Below, piece after piece: positions 30,176-40,615 of a stretch of 64,000 nucleotides of DNA (the stretch's first letter is position 1; each line of letters starts with the position of its first letter). The stretch spans positions 1,952,001 through 2,016,000 of the forward strand of contig CP122380.1 in assembly GCA_024650005.2 (NCBI GenBank), in the 5' to 3' direction. Below the pieces are notes generated by a model. It searched no databases and was not told the origin of the DNA. It saw only the letters and a program-made list of their open reading frames with translations. This stretch comes from Candidatus Bathyarchaeum tardum. GTDB taxonomy: Archaea > Thermoproteota > Bathyarchaeia > Bathyarchaeales > Bathyarchaeaceae. The translations under genes were made by a program, and so were the position numbers.

Positions 30176-31087
30176 CTATCTTAACAATTTATTGAGTATC
30201 GCCTTGGCAGAATACAAACGGTTCTCGCTTTGAGGGAAAATCACAGAATTAGGGTGCATTATTACATCATCAGAAATTTCGTATCCCCGATGGATGGGCA
30301 TATCATGCATTATAAGGGCGTCACTGTTAGTTGCAAGGAGTTTTTTGTTGACTTGATACGGAAGCATTAAGTTAACTCGTTTTTGTTTTTCTTTTTCAAA
30401 TTTTGGGTCTAAAAAGAACTCCATATCCACCCAAGTGTCAGTGTAAATTACGTCACAATCTTCCACTGCAGCATTTACGTCCATAGAATTGGAATATAAT
30501 CCCGTAGATTTTGCAGCCTCCAAGATATTCTCGTCAACTGAAGCTTTATTCACCAAAGGGGTAACTGTAACTATTTTCATTCCGGTTCGAGTGCATCCTT
30601 CAATCAATGAGTTACAAATGTTATTGTGAACACCAATGTAAGCAAGTTTAAGGCCTTTGAGTTTGCCTTTTTTTTCTTTGATAGTAACCAAGTCAGCAAT
30701 AATCTGGCAAGGATGATATTTTTCGTCACAGCCATTAATTACAGGAACAGTTGCCGCGTCAGCTATACTCTGCAAGGTTGAATTTTTCAGTACTCGAGCC
30801 ATAATTCCGTCAACATAACCAGAAATAGATTTAGTTTCATCCCCAAGGTCAGCTAAAACCAAATTGGTGTTTCTCCAATCCATGTAAGCTGCATGTCCCC
30901 CAAGTTGAGTCATTGCAACTTCAAAAGATAATCTAGTTCGAGTTGATGTTTTTTGAAAAATCAAAGCTAAAGACCTGCCCTCCAATGCGAACTCGTAATC
31001 CTGAGGATTTTGTTTTATTTCTAACGAATCATCAATGACCTGGTTGATTTCTGTTGAAGTCCAGTCTTTAAGCGTAATCAGGTGCAA
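30176..31087 (-). CDS. argF: Ornithine carbamoyltransferase-family enzyme with variant motifs
   Basis: STRTR, HPCQ, YTDTW, HDMP, QSENRL. Confidence 0.85.
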   Translation of the reverse strand: MHLITLKDWTSTEINQVIDDSLEIKQNPQDYEFALEGRSLALIFQKTSTRTRLSFEVAMTQLGGHAAYMDWRNTNLVLADLGDETKSISGYVDGIMARVLKNSTLQSIADAATVPVINGCDEKYHPCQIIADLVTIKEKKGKLKGLKLAYIGVHNNICNSLIEGCTRTGMKIVTVTPLVNKASVDENILEAAKSTGLYSNSMDVNAAVEDCDVIYTDTWVDMEFFLDPKFEKEKQKRVNLMLPYQVNKKLLATNSDALIMHDMPIHRGYEISDDVIMHPNSVIFPQSENRLYSAKAILNKLLR

Positions 31088-31247
31088 TACTTCTCTCTCC
31101 ACAATTATGCAGAATACTTGTTCACACAGACCGTTATATAAATTATCAAAAAACAATTCAATAAACCATAGAGTCAAAGTATGAAGTAAAAATTCTGAAT
31201 TATTATATTCTGTTATATGAATCTGAATGTAAGTTGAGGCACATCCA

Positions 31248-32501
31248 TTGAAAATAGGTAATAAAAAAATTAGGAGAAGAGTATTAAAAAACGTACAAAA
31301 TAATGGAATTTCTCCAATTCTAGCAAGTTTACTATTGATCGTAATAGTGGTAGCAGCAGCGATTGTTGCCTATTCTTGGGTTCAAAGCACCACCACAACT
31401 CAACTAAATCAGGCTAGCGGATTTATTATCATGGAAAATGTACGCTTTTACGACAGCGACAAAATTGAACTGTCCATACGTAATACTGGCACTGGAGACC
31501 TTAAAGTAGACACCATTTACATTGATGATGTGCCCCAAAAGGTTGCTCAGCAAATTCCAAGTAAAGAATGTATTAGTATTGTTCTGGATCATAATTGGGA
31601 ACTGGGAACAAAATACAGGATAAAAACGGCAACCACAGCGGGTCTTTATGCTGAAAAGACATGCATGTCGCCTTCAAGTTTGCAAGTGGGACTTGATGAG
31701 GTTTGGACTAAACGAAAACAAGTAACAATAGACAACAGTCTCAACCCTGAAGGCTTAACTAATTATCAAATCAAAATTAACGTTCCATACGATTCAGATA
31801 TGAACTCAGATTTTTCTGATCTTCGATTCACAAACAGTGATGAGCAAACTTTAATTCCGTACTGGATTGAAAGCTACATTGCTTCAGATTCTACTGTAGT
31901 TTGGGTTAATATTCCATCAATACCTGCTTTGTCCACTGAAACTGTCTACATGTATTATGGTAACCCATCTGCCAGTTCAGAAAGTGACCCAGAAGAAACA
32001 TTTGACATATTTTTGGACTTCACCACAGCTGGCGTAGAAACTTATGGCGGTACAAATCAAGACAGAGACCCCACCCAAGTAGAAATCATTGGTGACACGA
32101 CACTGCACATGTGGGGAAACAACTGGAAAGCTGTAATGAAAACCATAAATGTCGTTGGTGATGGCAGTCAAGCAATCTGTTTTGATTTTAAGAGCAACGG
32201 CACCCAAGCAGAAATTAACGCAGTAGGTCTAGACACTGATTCTTCAATAAGTGAAAGCCAAACGTACCGAATATACGGAACCCAAAACTGGGGAAGAACT
32301 GACCACTACGGATATACTCCTGATGAGTGGCAAGCCTATTCCATAATTTTGGATGATTTCAGCGGCAGTTTTAACCGAATTGTAATCGTTAACGATGCAG
32401 ATGCCGCACAAGCAACAAACGTTTACTACAGAAACGTTAGAGTTGCTAAAACAACATCCATTGAACCAGTAACAAGTCTTGGGGCAGAAGAAACAGTATA
32501 A
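31248..32501 (+). CDS. Archaeal type IV pilin-like protein with a DUF2341 domain
   Basis: Class III-like signal G/ISPILASLLLIVIVVAAA; DFSDLRF, IPYWIE, VWVNIP, YMYYGNP. Confidence 0.85.
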   Translation: MKIGNKKIRRRVLKNVQNNGISPILASLLLIVIVVAAAIVAYSWVQSTTTTQLNQASGFIIMENVRFYDSDKIELSIRNTGTGDLKVDTIYIDDVPQKVAQQIPSKECISIVLDHNWELGTKYRIKTATTAGLYAEKTCMSPSSLQVGLDEVWTKRKQVTIDNSLNPEGLTNYQIKINVPYDSDMNSDFSDLRFTNSDEQTLIPYWIESYIASDSTVVWVNIPSIPALSTETVYMYYGNPSASSESDPEETFDIFLDFTTAGVETYGGTNQDRDPTQVEIIGDTTLHMWGNNWKAVMKTINVVGDGSQAICFDFKSNGTQAEINAVGLDTDSSISESQTYRIYGTQNWGRTDHYGYTPDEWQAYSIILDDFSGSFNRIVIVNDADAAQATNVYYRNVRVAKTTSIEPVTSLGAEETV

Positions 32502-32599
32502 AAACTAGAAAATTTTTTCAAACTAAATCCCAAAAAACTGGGCGGATATAATCCGCAAAAGTTTATAATAAACTTCTAAAGAAGGACAAAGCTAATTAA

Positions 32600-33685
32600 T
32601 TGTCCACAGAAGGGAATCGTTTGAGAAAGTCTAAAAAAGTAATTGGAATCCCAAAAAACACGTTCATTATCGGAGTAATCATTGCTGCAATAGTCGGAGC
32701 AGCACTTTCGTTTGGTGTAACTACATTATTGAATGTTAATATTGGGAATACAATTCCAGAAAACACAACAATAGCAGTAACTGACGTAAACATTGATGTA
32801 CAAAATGCAGATTCTTTCAGCATAACTGTACTCAATCCAACGTATTCTCCCACAGAAGCTAAAATCAAAGAAATCATGGTTATAACAGAAAACGACGAAA
32901 TTCACAATATCTTGTCTGTAAACCCACAACTTCCATACGAACTAAACAAAGGAGAAACCCAAATCTTTGAGTGTAAATGGACATGGGGAGACTATATCGG
33001 TAAAAACATAAACATAGTTGTAGTAGTTGAAGATGGATCAGGTGCAGTTTACGAACTGGAAACAGCTGCCATAGGACTAGAAATAAAATCGTCGGCATTT
33101 TCAGGGGCAGACACAGAACACTTCACGTTAACAATCGGCAACCCTGAAGAATCAGAAGTTGACTTCACAATTACAAAAATTGTAGTAACCCTAGAAAACG
33201 GAACAGACCTTGACATACGGAACGTATCACCTGCATTGCCGACAGTAATTTCTAAAGACTCAACAATCACGATTACTTGCGCATGGAACTGGGATGACTA
33301 CAGGGATAAAGACATAACAATTACCGCTTACACGTCACAGGGTTACAAATTCAGTTTAGAAAGAAGCACACCAAAACTGTCCCAAATTCTGGTTAAAGAC
33401 GTAACCTTTGACCCAACCAGTCTACAAACCTTTGACATTACAGTTGAAAACTCTGAAAATTCAGCAGAACCAGCCACTATAGTAGCAATTGAAATCATTA
33501 CAGACACAACTACAATAAATGTTCCAGTAATATTACCCCAAACACTACCGTATGAGATTCCAATAGGTCAATCAGTAACAATGACATGCGCATGGGACTG
33601 GTCAGCAACCAGAAACCAAAACATAGTAATTACAGTAGAAACGTCAGAAGGGTTCCTTGGATACTCTTACGAAACAACATCGTAA
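32600..33685 (+). CDS. Membrane-anchored surface protein with three tandem beta-sandwich repeats
   Basis: Three repeats of about 95-100 aa, each F.IT..N...P.LP...C.W.W...I.I.....G. Confidence 0.8.
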   Translation: MSTEGNRLRKSKKVIGIPKNTFIIGVIIAAIVGAALSFGVTTLLNVNIGNTIPENTTIAVTDVNIDVQNADSFSITVLNPTYSPTEAKIKEIMVITENDEIHNILSVNPQLPYELNKGETQIFECKWTWGDYIGKNINIVVVVEDGSGAVYELETAAIGLEIKSSAFSGADTEHFTLTIGNPEESEVDFTITKIVVTLENGTDLDIRNVSPALPTVISKDSTITITCAWNWDDYRDKDITITAYTSQGYKFSLERSTPKLSQILVKDVTFDPTSLQTFDITVENSENSAEPATIVAIEIITDTTTINVPVILPQTLPYEIPIGQSVTMTCAWDWSATRNQNIVITVETSEGFLGYSYETTS

Positions 33686-33733
33686 ACTAAAAAATTGTTC
33701 ACAAAAATGGAAACCAGAAAAACTGGTTTCTGT

Positions 33734-34621
33734 TTAGATGGCAGCCCCTTCAGAGGGGTCTTCCCTAACTTTTTCGAAGGCTTCCAGTATTCGTTTAGTT
33801 ACTGGACCCATTTTACCTGAACCAATCACACGACTGTTTACGCTACTTATAGGTGCAACTTCTGCAGCTGTTCCAGTGAAAAACACTTCGTCAGCGGTGA
33901 ACAACTCATTAGGAGTAATGTTTCGTTCTATTATTTCGATTCCAAGTTTTTTTGCCAACTTGATAATCAAAGTTCGGGTTATGCCATCCAAGGCACCTGA
34001 AGAAAGACAAGGAGTCAAAAGCTTGCCATTTCGCACGATGAATATGTTCTCGCCGACACCTTCACAGACATAGCCTGCTTTGTCCAGGCAGATGGCTTCG
34101 TCGGCGCCGATGTTGTTTGCTTCAATTTTACCCAAGATGCTGTTAAGGTAATTCAAGGATTTCATTTCGTGGGTTGCGCTGTCCACAGAATTTCTTCGCA
34201 CCCAAGTAATAATTGTAGATATTCCTTTTTCTAGTTTGTCAGGAGAATGTAACTGAAGTTTAGGTTCAGTAATTATGATAACTGTTGCCTTTGGACATTT
34301 TCGTGGGTCAAGACCTAAATCTCCAACGCCTCTTGTGACCACTAGGCGAATGTAGGCGTCTTTTAGGTCGTTCTTTCTAAGAGTTTCAAGCACCGCTTGA
34401 GTCATTTCCTCTCTGGTTAGGGGGATTTTCAGAAAGATTGGATGGGCAGACCTGTATAGCCTGTCGATGTGCTCTTTTAGTTTGAAGACTACACCGTTGT
34501 AGGCTCGGATTCCTTCAAAAACGCCGTCTCCGTACAGAAGACCATGATCATACACTGAGATTTTTGCCTCAGATTTCGGATAATACTCGCCATCGATGTA
34601 AATAAGCAACTCATTTGCCAT
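33734..34621 (-). CDS. ilvE: Branched-chain amino acid aminotransferase
   Basis: YGDGVFEG, YIRLVVTRG, KSLNY, EGVGENIF, LDGITR, GTAAEV. Confidence 0.96.
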   Translation of the reverse strand: MANELLIYIDGEYYPKSEAKISVYDHGLLYGDGVFEGIRAYNGVVFKLKEHIDRLYRSAHPIFLKIPLTREEMTQAVLETLRKNDLKDAYIRLVVTRGVGDLGLDPRKCPKATVIIITEPKLQLHSPDKLEKGISTIITWVRRNSVDSATHEMKSLNYLNSILGKIEANNIGADEAICLDKAGYVCEGVGENIFIVRNGKLLTPCLSSGALDGITRTLIIKLAKKLGIEIIERNITPNELFTADEVFFTGTAAEVAPISSVNSRVIGSGKMGPVTKRILEAFEKVREDPSEGAAI

Positions 34622-34859
34622 ACAAATCTCTCCTTTTATTATAGACGTCAACCTTAAACTATCTGCTTGATATTTAAATTTTAACACAACACAAACTAAA
34701 TCTACCATTTTTGTAAAGAAAAAGAATTTTCCAGTTTTGTCTTCTATTTGGCTTTATTCTCGAAAAGAGTTAAAAAAATTGTTAGCATACCAGTAAGGCA
34801 AGTTAATCAAACAGAAACTAGTTATTAATAGCTAGTTTTAGTGACAGGAAAGTGGACTT

Positions 34860-35684
34860 GTGCTTAAAACAGAGCCGTGGCTGGAAATTACAACCATCAG
34901 CAAATGCAGTATTGACTGCAGGTATTGTCCACAACAAACGTTTCAAGAACAGTATCAAGGTGCCAAAATTCTCACACTAGAAAATTTCAAAAAGGCACTT
35001 TCGAAAGTACCCAGAAAAGTAGCAATTCATTTTTCAGGTTTTTCAGAACCGTTCCTTAATCCGCAATGTTTGGATATGATCGAACACGCATCCTTGAAAG
35101 GACACAAGATTGTCTTATTTTCAACCCTTGTTGGATTAAAAAGTGAAAACGTAGAACGAATTAGACGCTGTAACCCTGAAGTAATTTTGCATCTGCCAGA
35201 CAACATGGGTAACACCAATATTCCAGTTACTGAAAACTACAAAAAAACCCTAGATACAGTTTTGAAGAACTTAAACGTAACAGGCTATTACGTAATGGAC
35301 AAAAATTTCATTTCAAACGAACGAGCAGGCCATTGTGATGATACACCAAAAAGGCATGTTCGAGGTTGGTTTTTTTGTGAAAAACTGATAGGCCCCCAGT
35401 TTGTTATGCTCCCAAACTGTGATGTAGTTTTATGCTGCATGGATTATGAATTAAAACATCTTGTTGGAAACTTATTGAAACAGACATGGAATGAAATTGT
35501 TAACTCAGAAGAATACCAAACAGTTCGAGCAAACCGTTACAAATTTGATGGTGAAATTTTATGCAGAAAGTGTGTTTGGGCGTCATTAACGTTTAGGTCC
35601 AAGTATTACCTCAAAAGAATTCTTCAAAAGTATTACGAGAAACAAAGTATACAACAATACAAATCCAAAAAAATGAAAAATTAA
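34860..35684 (+). CDS. Radical SAM protein with a SPASM/twitch domain
   Basis: CSIDCRYC, GFSEPF, C...VVLCCMD...CRKC. Confidence 0.88.
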   Translation: MLKTEPWLEITTISKCSIDCRYCPQQTFQEQYQGAKILTLENFKKALSKVPRKVAIHFSGFSEPFLNPQCLDMIEHASLKGHKIVLFSTLVGLKSENVERIRRCNPEVILHLPDNMGNTNIPVTENYKKTLDTVLKNLNVTGYYVMDKNFISNERAGHCDDTPKRHVRGWFFCEKLIGPQFVMLPNCDVVLCCMDYELKHLVGNLLKQTWNEIVNSEEYQTVRANRYKFDGEILCRKCVWASLTFRSKYYLKRILQKYYEKQSIQQYKSKKMKN

Positions 35685-37546
35685 AAAGAAAACTGAGGTC
35701 TTTTTGACAGCAACTTGGGCAAGGCTAAAGGTTTGAAGGGCTTATCTGCAGTTTTTTCATTGATTTCATTGGTTAATTCTTGAAGTCTCATTTCACGGAT
35801 TTGTTTTCCAGCATTTCGGTCCCGAACTGGCAATACTTCAGAGTTTGCTTCTTTTTCGCCGTATACCAGCACGTAGTTTACCCATTCTTTTTCTGCAGCT
35901 CGAACTTTTTTGCCTAAACTTAGGGCTCTATCATCGACGTCAACGCGCACGTTACAGTTTTCGATTTTTTTCATCAGTTTTTCTGCCTCGTCGAGATACT
36001 TTTCGGAAACCGGAATAATCCTCAACTGAGTAGGAGCCAGCCATAAAGGCAAGATTGGTGTTTTTCCTTTCAAAGAGTCTCGGTGAGCTTTTTCCAGCAG
36101 GGCATATACGTCCCGTTCGATGGCTCCGCTTGGGGAACAGTGCAAAACCAAAGGATATTGTTTTTCGCCGTTTTCGTCCACGTAGGTCATGTCGTAGTGC
36201 TTAGAGTTTTCTATGTCGATTTGGTCAGTGGAAAGAGCAGAAGCCTTGTTTAGATTATCCACGAAATTGAATTCCCATTTCAAAACAAAATAGAAGAAGC
36301 GTTCTTCCCACATTTCAATGAGGACAGGTTTGCCAAATAACTTCACCATATTGAGAACAAAATCCTTGTTTTCAGCATAGAAGTCCTTGGTTACTCGGAT
36401 TGCTAACTCGTAATCGGTTTCTTTGTTTAGTTCCAGACTGTCCATAATTCCCATGGACATTTGGAAACGAACCAGAAACTCTTCTTTTGCTTGATCCATG
36501 TCAGCAACCAAAGCATGACAATCAGGCATAGTAAAACAACGAAGCCTGCGCAACCCTGTTACTTCGCCGCTTTTTTCTCGGCGGAAAGCGTATTTTGTTA
36601 ATTCATACATCCGCAACGGAAGTTGCTTGTAACTGAATTGGGTGTCGTGCACCATTAAAAACTGACCAAAACAGGCGCTGAACCTTAAAAAGAAGTCGCG
36701 CTTGTCCGAACATAAGACGTATTGACGGGCAGGAAAACGTTGAAGATAATGAGCAATTGCAGGGTGCTCAAGGTCGTACATGATGGGGGTTTCAACTTCC
36801 ATTCCCCCGTAATCGATTACTTTTTCGGTTACATACTGTTCTATCAACGATTTTATCATACGACCTTTAGGATACCACCGCAGGTTGCCAGGGTCGCTTC
36901 CAGGTTCATAGTCTGCGATTTCTAGCCGCTTCATCAAAGGAACATGAGGCGGAACATTCTGTTCAGCACGAACTTTCTTGATTTCATATTTGCATAATTT
37001 TTCTAAGTTTTTCCAGTCTTTGAAGCGATATTCTTTTACGGGAATTAACTCACCGTCAGGCTGCAACACATACCAATATGATTTGAGTTTTTCTTCTGCT
37101 TTAAGAGCATCACAGACAACCTCTTCTTTTTCTGAGTCACATGTAACTACTCTAAGGTGCTCAGCCAATGGGTGACCTTTAATGGAAATTGAGAACTGTT
37201 TGCACCAGCCAAAAGGTGAAGAATATGTTTCTATCCCCATCTCCTTGGCGACGTTTTTGAGTTCATTAAGAACCTTCAAAGCTTCAGAAGGTTTAGCCAA
37301 ATTGCTGCTCAAGTGAGCATAAGGATAAATCAACACACGATTAACTTTGAGTTGATCTAACGATACTTTAGTGCTTTCCATGGCTTTCTTTGCAACGTTT
37401 AGGTCGTCACCTTCTTCAACTGCAGTAAAAAGCACTACAACTTCTTCGATGCGGTCTTTGGTTTTTTCGAGTTCCTCTGCAGAGGGAATTTCTTTTTCAA
37501 TTGCTTCGTATTCGATAAAGTTTGAATGTAACTGAAGAATTCTCAA
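35681..37546 (-). CDS. thrS: Threonyl-tRNA synthetase, archaeal type
   Basis: YPYAHLS, SPFGW, KGHPLAE editing domain; HCSPSGAIER, LPLWLAPTQ. Confidence 0.97.
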   Translation of the reverse strand: MRILQLHSNFIEYEAIEKEIPSAEELEKTKDRIEEVVVLFTAVEEGDDLNVAKKAMESTKVSLDQLKVNRVLIYPYAHLSSNLAKPSEALKVLNELKNVAKEMGIETYSSPFGWCKQFSISIKGHPLAEHLRVVTCDSEKEEVVCDALKAEEKLKSYWYVLQPDGELIPVKEYRFKDWKNLEKLCKYEIKKVRAEQNVPPHVPLMKRLEIADYEPGSDPGNLRWYPKGRMIKSLIEQYVTEKVIDYGGMEVETPIMYDLEHPAIAHYLQRFPARQYVLCSDKRDFFLRFSACFGQFLMVHDTQFSYKQLPLRMYELTKYAFRREKSGEVTGLRRLRCFTMPDCHALVADMDQAKEEFLVRFQMSMGIMDSLELNKETDYELAIRVTKDFYAENKDFVLNMVKLFGKPVLIEMWEERFFYFVLKWEFNFVDNLNKASALSTDQIDIENSKHYDMTYVDENGEKQYPLVLHCSPSGAIERDVYALLEKAHRDSLKGKTPILPLWLAPTQLRIIPVSEKYLDEAEKLMKKIENCNVRVDVDDRALSLGKKVRAAEKEWVNYVLVYGEKEANSEVLPVRDRNAGKQIREMRLQELTNEINEKTADKPFKPLALPKLLSKRPQFSF

Positions 37547-37607
37547 TCTGAACAGCCAGCTTTCAAGTCAATAAAATTGAAGACCAATGAACAAACACAT
37601 TTAGGCA

Positions 37608-37814
37608 TTAGCCTTTGTGCCTCCATTGTTCGAGGAGTTTGTCTTTTTTGCTGCCTTTTTTGTATTCTTTGTAGTGTTCTCTGCAAAGGTATGATCGTTT
37701 TTCGCCGTCAACTTTTAGTCCTGCTGAGCTTACTTTTTCCCGCGGAAGAGAACGAATCGCATCTTTATCACAGCCTGAAACGCTACATTTTTGTCCTTTA
37801 CCTACTCGACCCAA
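37608..37814 (-). CDS. Small conserved archaeal Zn-finger protein
   Basis: CSVSGC...YLCREHYKEYKK. Confidence 0.8.
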   Translation of the reverse strand: MGRVGKGQKCSVSGCDKDAIRSLPREKVSSAGLKVDGEKRSYLCREHYKEYKKGSKKDKLLEQWRHKG

Positions 37815-37913
37815 AGTATTTCACTGCTCCTTTTCTGTTAATAATTTAACTTCATTGCATATTAGCCCAGCGCTAATTTAATTGTTTTGAGTAAGAAAAA
37901 AGACAACTAAACG

Positions 37914-38036
37914 GAAAACAAGGGTTTGCTGAGATCCTAGCACAAGGCTTTGAAGGAATGAAAAAATGAAAAAACCATTGCTACTATCTTTTGGTTATTT
38001 TCATTTGTGCTAGGGTCTTTTCAGCCCCTTGTTTTC
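37914..38036 (-). ncRNA. Candidate BHB-spliced (circular) RNA precursor, copy B
   Basis: Minus strand: GAAAACAAGGG-GCUG-AAA-AGACCCUAGCACAA...UUGUGCUAGGAUCU-CAGC-AAA-CCCUUGUUUUC. Confidence 0.72.
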
Positions 38037-38083
38037 TTCCAATGGATTCTCCCACGAAAAAAAGGGGAGAAAGGGGGGTTGAT

Positions 38084-40615
38084 TTATTTGCGTTTGAGCA
38101 GAACGTATGCGGCTACGCCGATTACTGCTGCGACTGCAATTGCTGCGATTATGGCTACTTCTGTTGTGATGAAGCCTGCTGGTTCTTCTGTTTCTACGGG
38201 TTCAGTGTCGACTGGTTCGTTGTCGATTGGAGTTGCTGGTGTAGGTGCTGGACCAACATTGAGGTATGTTGATTGTGAGGAGCCATAGTATCCGTCAGAG
38301 CCTTCAAAGGTTGCAATGATGGTGTATATTCCTTCCATTTCGGGAGTAAATGCCAAGGCATAGTTGCCATAAGAGTCGCTTGTGGTTGTGCCTAGGGGTA
38401 TGCATTCCATGTCTGGAGTTATTGCTTCAATTTTGACTGAAACACCAACTGCATCTGCTGGGCGGTCTGCTTGTTGGTAGACGTATTTCATCCATGCGCC
38501 CATGTCGTTGTCAGAGATTGCTGCAACACCATCTGGGAATCGGATTGTCAAACCTGCTTCGTTTGTGCCTGGAGAAACATCCATCACAGTTCCCGTGACC
38601 AATGCACTGTTTCCTAGGGAAACAACATTGTTCTTGATTTCAACGGTGGTTGCGCTTGCACCTTTTCCGAAAGCGTAGATTTGCATGTCATAGGTGTTCA
38701 TTGATGCAATGATGCTGTCACCGATGACTGCGTCGCCTCCCCAAACTGTTGATCGGACAATACCGTCAACACGGAAGATTTCGTCACCAGTTTTTACATC
38801 TAGACAGATGAAGGGTGCACCACGTGCTTTAGGATCAAGGGGTGAGTGTTCAGAGTGAGCAATGTAGACTTTTTCGTCAGTGAAGAATAGTGTGTCTAGT
38901 GGCCAGCTGTTGCCCCAGAGAATTTCGGAGTATGTGTCCACTGCGTCATAGGTCCATAGTAGGCTCCCGTCGGTAATGTCGTAGCAGTATACTATTCCAC
39001 CATATCCTGCCGAGAAGAGTTTGTTGTAAGCGATGTTAACTCCAAGGTTAATGAAGGCATTTTCGACCCACATGTCCATGTAGTATTGAGAGTCAGTTGA
39101 CCATTCAAAATCGCCGTCGTCAATGCTGAAAGCGTGGTGAGTTCGTGATTCTTTTGCAGATATTACAAACACGCCGTCTTCAAAGCTTGCAGCAGACCAT
39201 AGGAAACTCAAGTTACCACCTGCAGGCGGAGTCCAAGTTGTGTCGAATAATACGTCTCCTTGGTTTCCTTCAGACAAGTCAATTCCCCACATTTCAATGG
39301 GTGTACCGTCTGAATCTTGGACGAACAATGCGCCAACATCAACACCGATGATTCGGTCGCCAACTACTGCTTGAGCAGTTCCAACCAGATCTGTTGGGAT
39401 AGTTACGTTCCATTGATAGCCTGCTGTGGCATCGTATGTTCCGAAACCAGAACCTGAGAACCCAGCCATCCAGCTTCCTGAATCGGAGACTACATGCGTT
39501 GAGTTCCACATACTCATCCAACCAGCATTCAAGTTTACAGTGTATATCAGAAATTCACCGTTTTGACCAACTTTTAGAAGACCACCAGGTACATTTTCCA
39601 TGCTGTAAACAAGTTCACCATTGATTGGGTCATATGCATGCCAAGTAGTAGCTGAAAGTCCCATTAAACCAGGAGCACTTTCGAGAGTCCATATGTAATC
39701 AAAGGTTCCGTGGTAGTTAAATGAGGACCAGAACAAAGTTTGACCGTATGCTACTTGTTCGTTGTTACCTAAAGTCTTGCACCATAGTTCTTCACCAGTG
39801 TGAAGATCTACTGCAACAACTTCCTGAATGGGATAGCCGCTCTTGTATTTGTTGTAGTAAAGGTTACCAGCAAGGACTACTGAATTGCTCCAGAATCCTT
39901 CGTATGCGTCACCAGATTCAAAGGAGTGATCTCCTAGTTCACCGCCAACAAGACCTCCTGTTGTTAGTGTTTTTCGCCACAGAATGTGGACAGTGTTTGG
40001 CGCTTCGTCATTGTAGGGAGCATACAAGTTTTCAGGAGTCATTAACCAGTTTCCAGCAATTGTGTTCCATTCACGAAGTTGGGAATCGATTGGTCGAGTC
40101 CAGTATTCGTTTGGAAGGTTTGCTGCTGGGTAGTACTCAACTTGCACGTCTTCAACGATGAGCTCTAGAACGTCACTGGTGCCTTCTTCATAGTAAGTTG
40201 CAGAACTAACTGGGAACCCGTAGTAGAATCCAGTGTAGTTGTACCATTGTGCAGGGAAATTTGTTACTAACTCGTAGGTTCCTGCCATAGTAGGGGTGTA
40301 AACTGTACCAGTTCCACCAGTTGAGTCGGTTCTGAAGGGACCAAGGATTTCTTCGTTTCCTTCAGGGTCAGTGACAGTTACAGTTAGACCTGTAAATCCA
40401 TCTTCTGTGGTTTGTGTTGAATCGGTTATACCGACGTGCAACAAAACCATTTGACCCACACCAACTGGGTTGGGAATTCCACCGATATAAGGGTAGGATT
40501 GTTTTCGGGTTGCTTGAGCGTTAACGGTTGGCAAAGCAATGATTAAAGTTGATAATGTTAATATTAGTACCAAAGCGATAGTAGAAGTTTTAGATTTTTT
40601 AATCGTATTTTCCAT
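38084..40615 (-). CDS. Large secreted PQQ-like beta-propeller surface protein with a C-terminal anchor
   Basis: Signal peptide; repeats AVDLHTGEELW, CYDITDGSLLW, CLDVKTGDEIF; Pro/Thr linker, TM, KRK. Confidence 0.85.
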   Translation of the reverse strand: MENTIKKSKTSTIALVLILTLSTLIIALPTVNAQATRKQSYPYIGGIPNPVGVGQMVLLHVGITDSTQTTEDGFTGLTVTVTDPEGNEEILGPFRTDSTGGTGTVYTPTMAGTYELVTNFPAQWYNYTGFYYGFPVSSATYYEEGTSDVLELIVEDVQVEYYPAANLPNEYWTRPIDSQLREWNTIAGNWLMTPENLYAPYNDEAPNTVHILWRKTLTTGGLVGGELGDHSFESGDAYEGFWSNSVVLAGNLYYNKYKSGYPIQEVVAVDLHTGEELWCKTLGNNEQVAYGQTLFWSSFNYHGTFDYIWTLESAPGLMGLSATTWHAYDPINGELVYSMENVPGGLLKVGQNGEFLIYTVNLNAGWMSMWNSTHVVSDSGSWMAGFSGSGFGTYDATAGYQWNVTIPTDLVGTAQAVVGDRIIGVDVGALFVQDSDGTPIEMWGIDLSEGNQGDVLFDTTWTPPAGGNLSFLWSAASFEDGVFVISAKESRTHHAFSIDDGDFEWSTDSQYYMDMWVENAFINLGVNIAYNKLFSAGYGGIVYCYDITDGSLLWTYDAVDTYSEILWGNSWPLDTLFFTDEKVYIAHSEHSPLDPKARGAPFICLDVKTGDEIFRVDGIVRSTVWGGDAVIGDSIIASMNTYDMQIYAFGKGASATTVEIKNNVVSLGNSALVTGTVMDVSPGTNEAGLTIRFPDGVAAISDNDMGAWMKYVYQQADRPADAVGVSVKIEAITPDMECIPLGTTTSDSYGNYALAFTPEMEGIYTIIATFEGSDGYYGSSQSTYLNVGPAPTPATPIDNEPVDTEPVETEEPAGFITTEVAIIAAIAVAAVIGVAAYVLLKRK

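Noticed and set aside
18360-34818. 22/24-nt match AAGGCAAGTTAA.CAAA.AGAAAC at 18360 and 34795
   Set aside because: A-rich, does not extend, and is roughly expected by chance in 64 kb.
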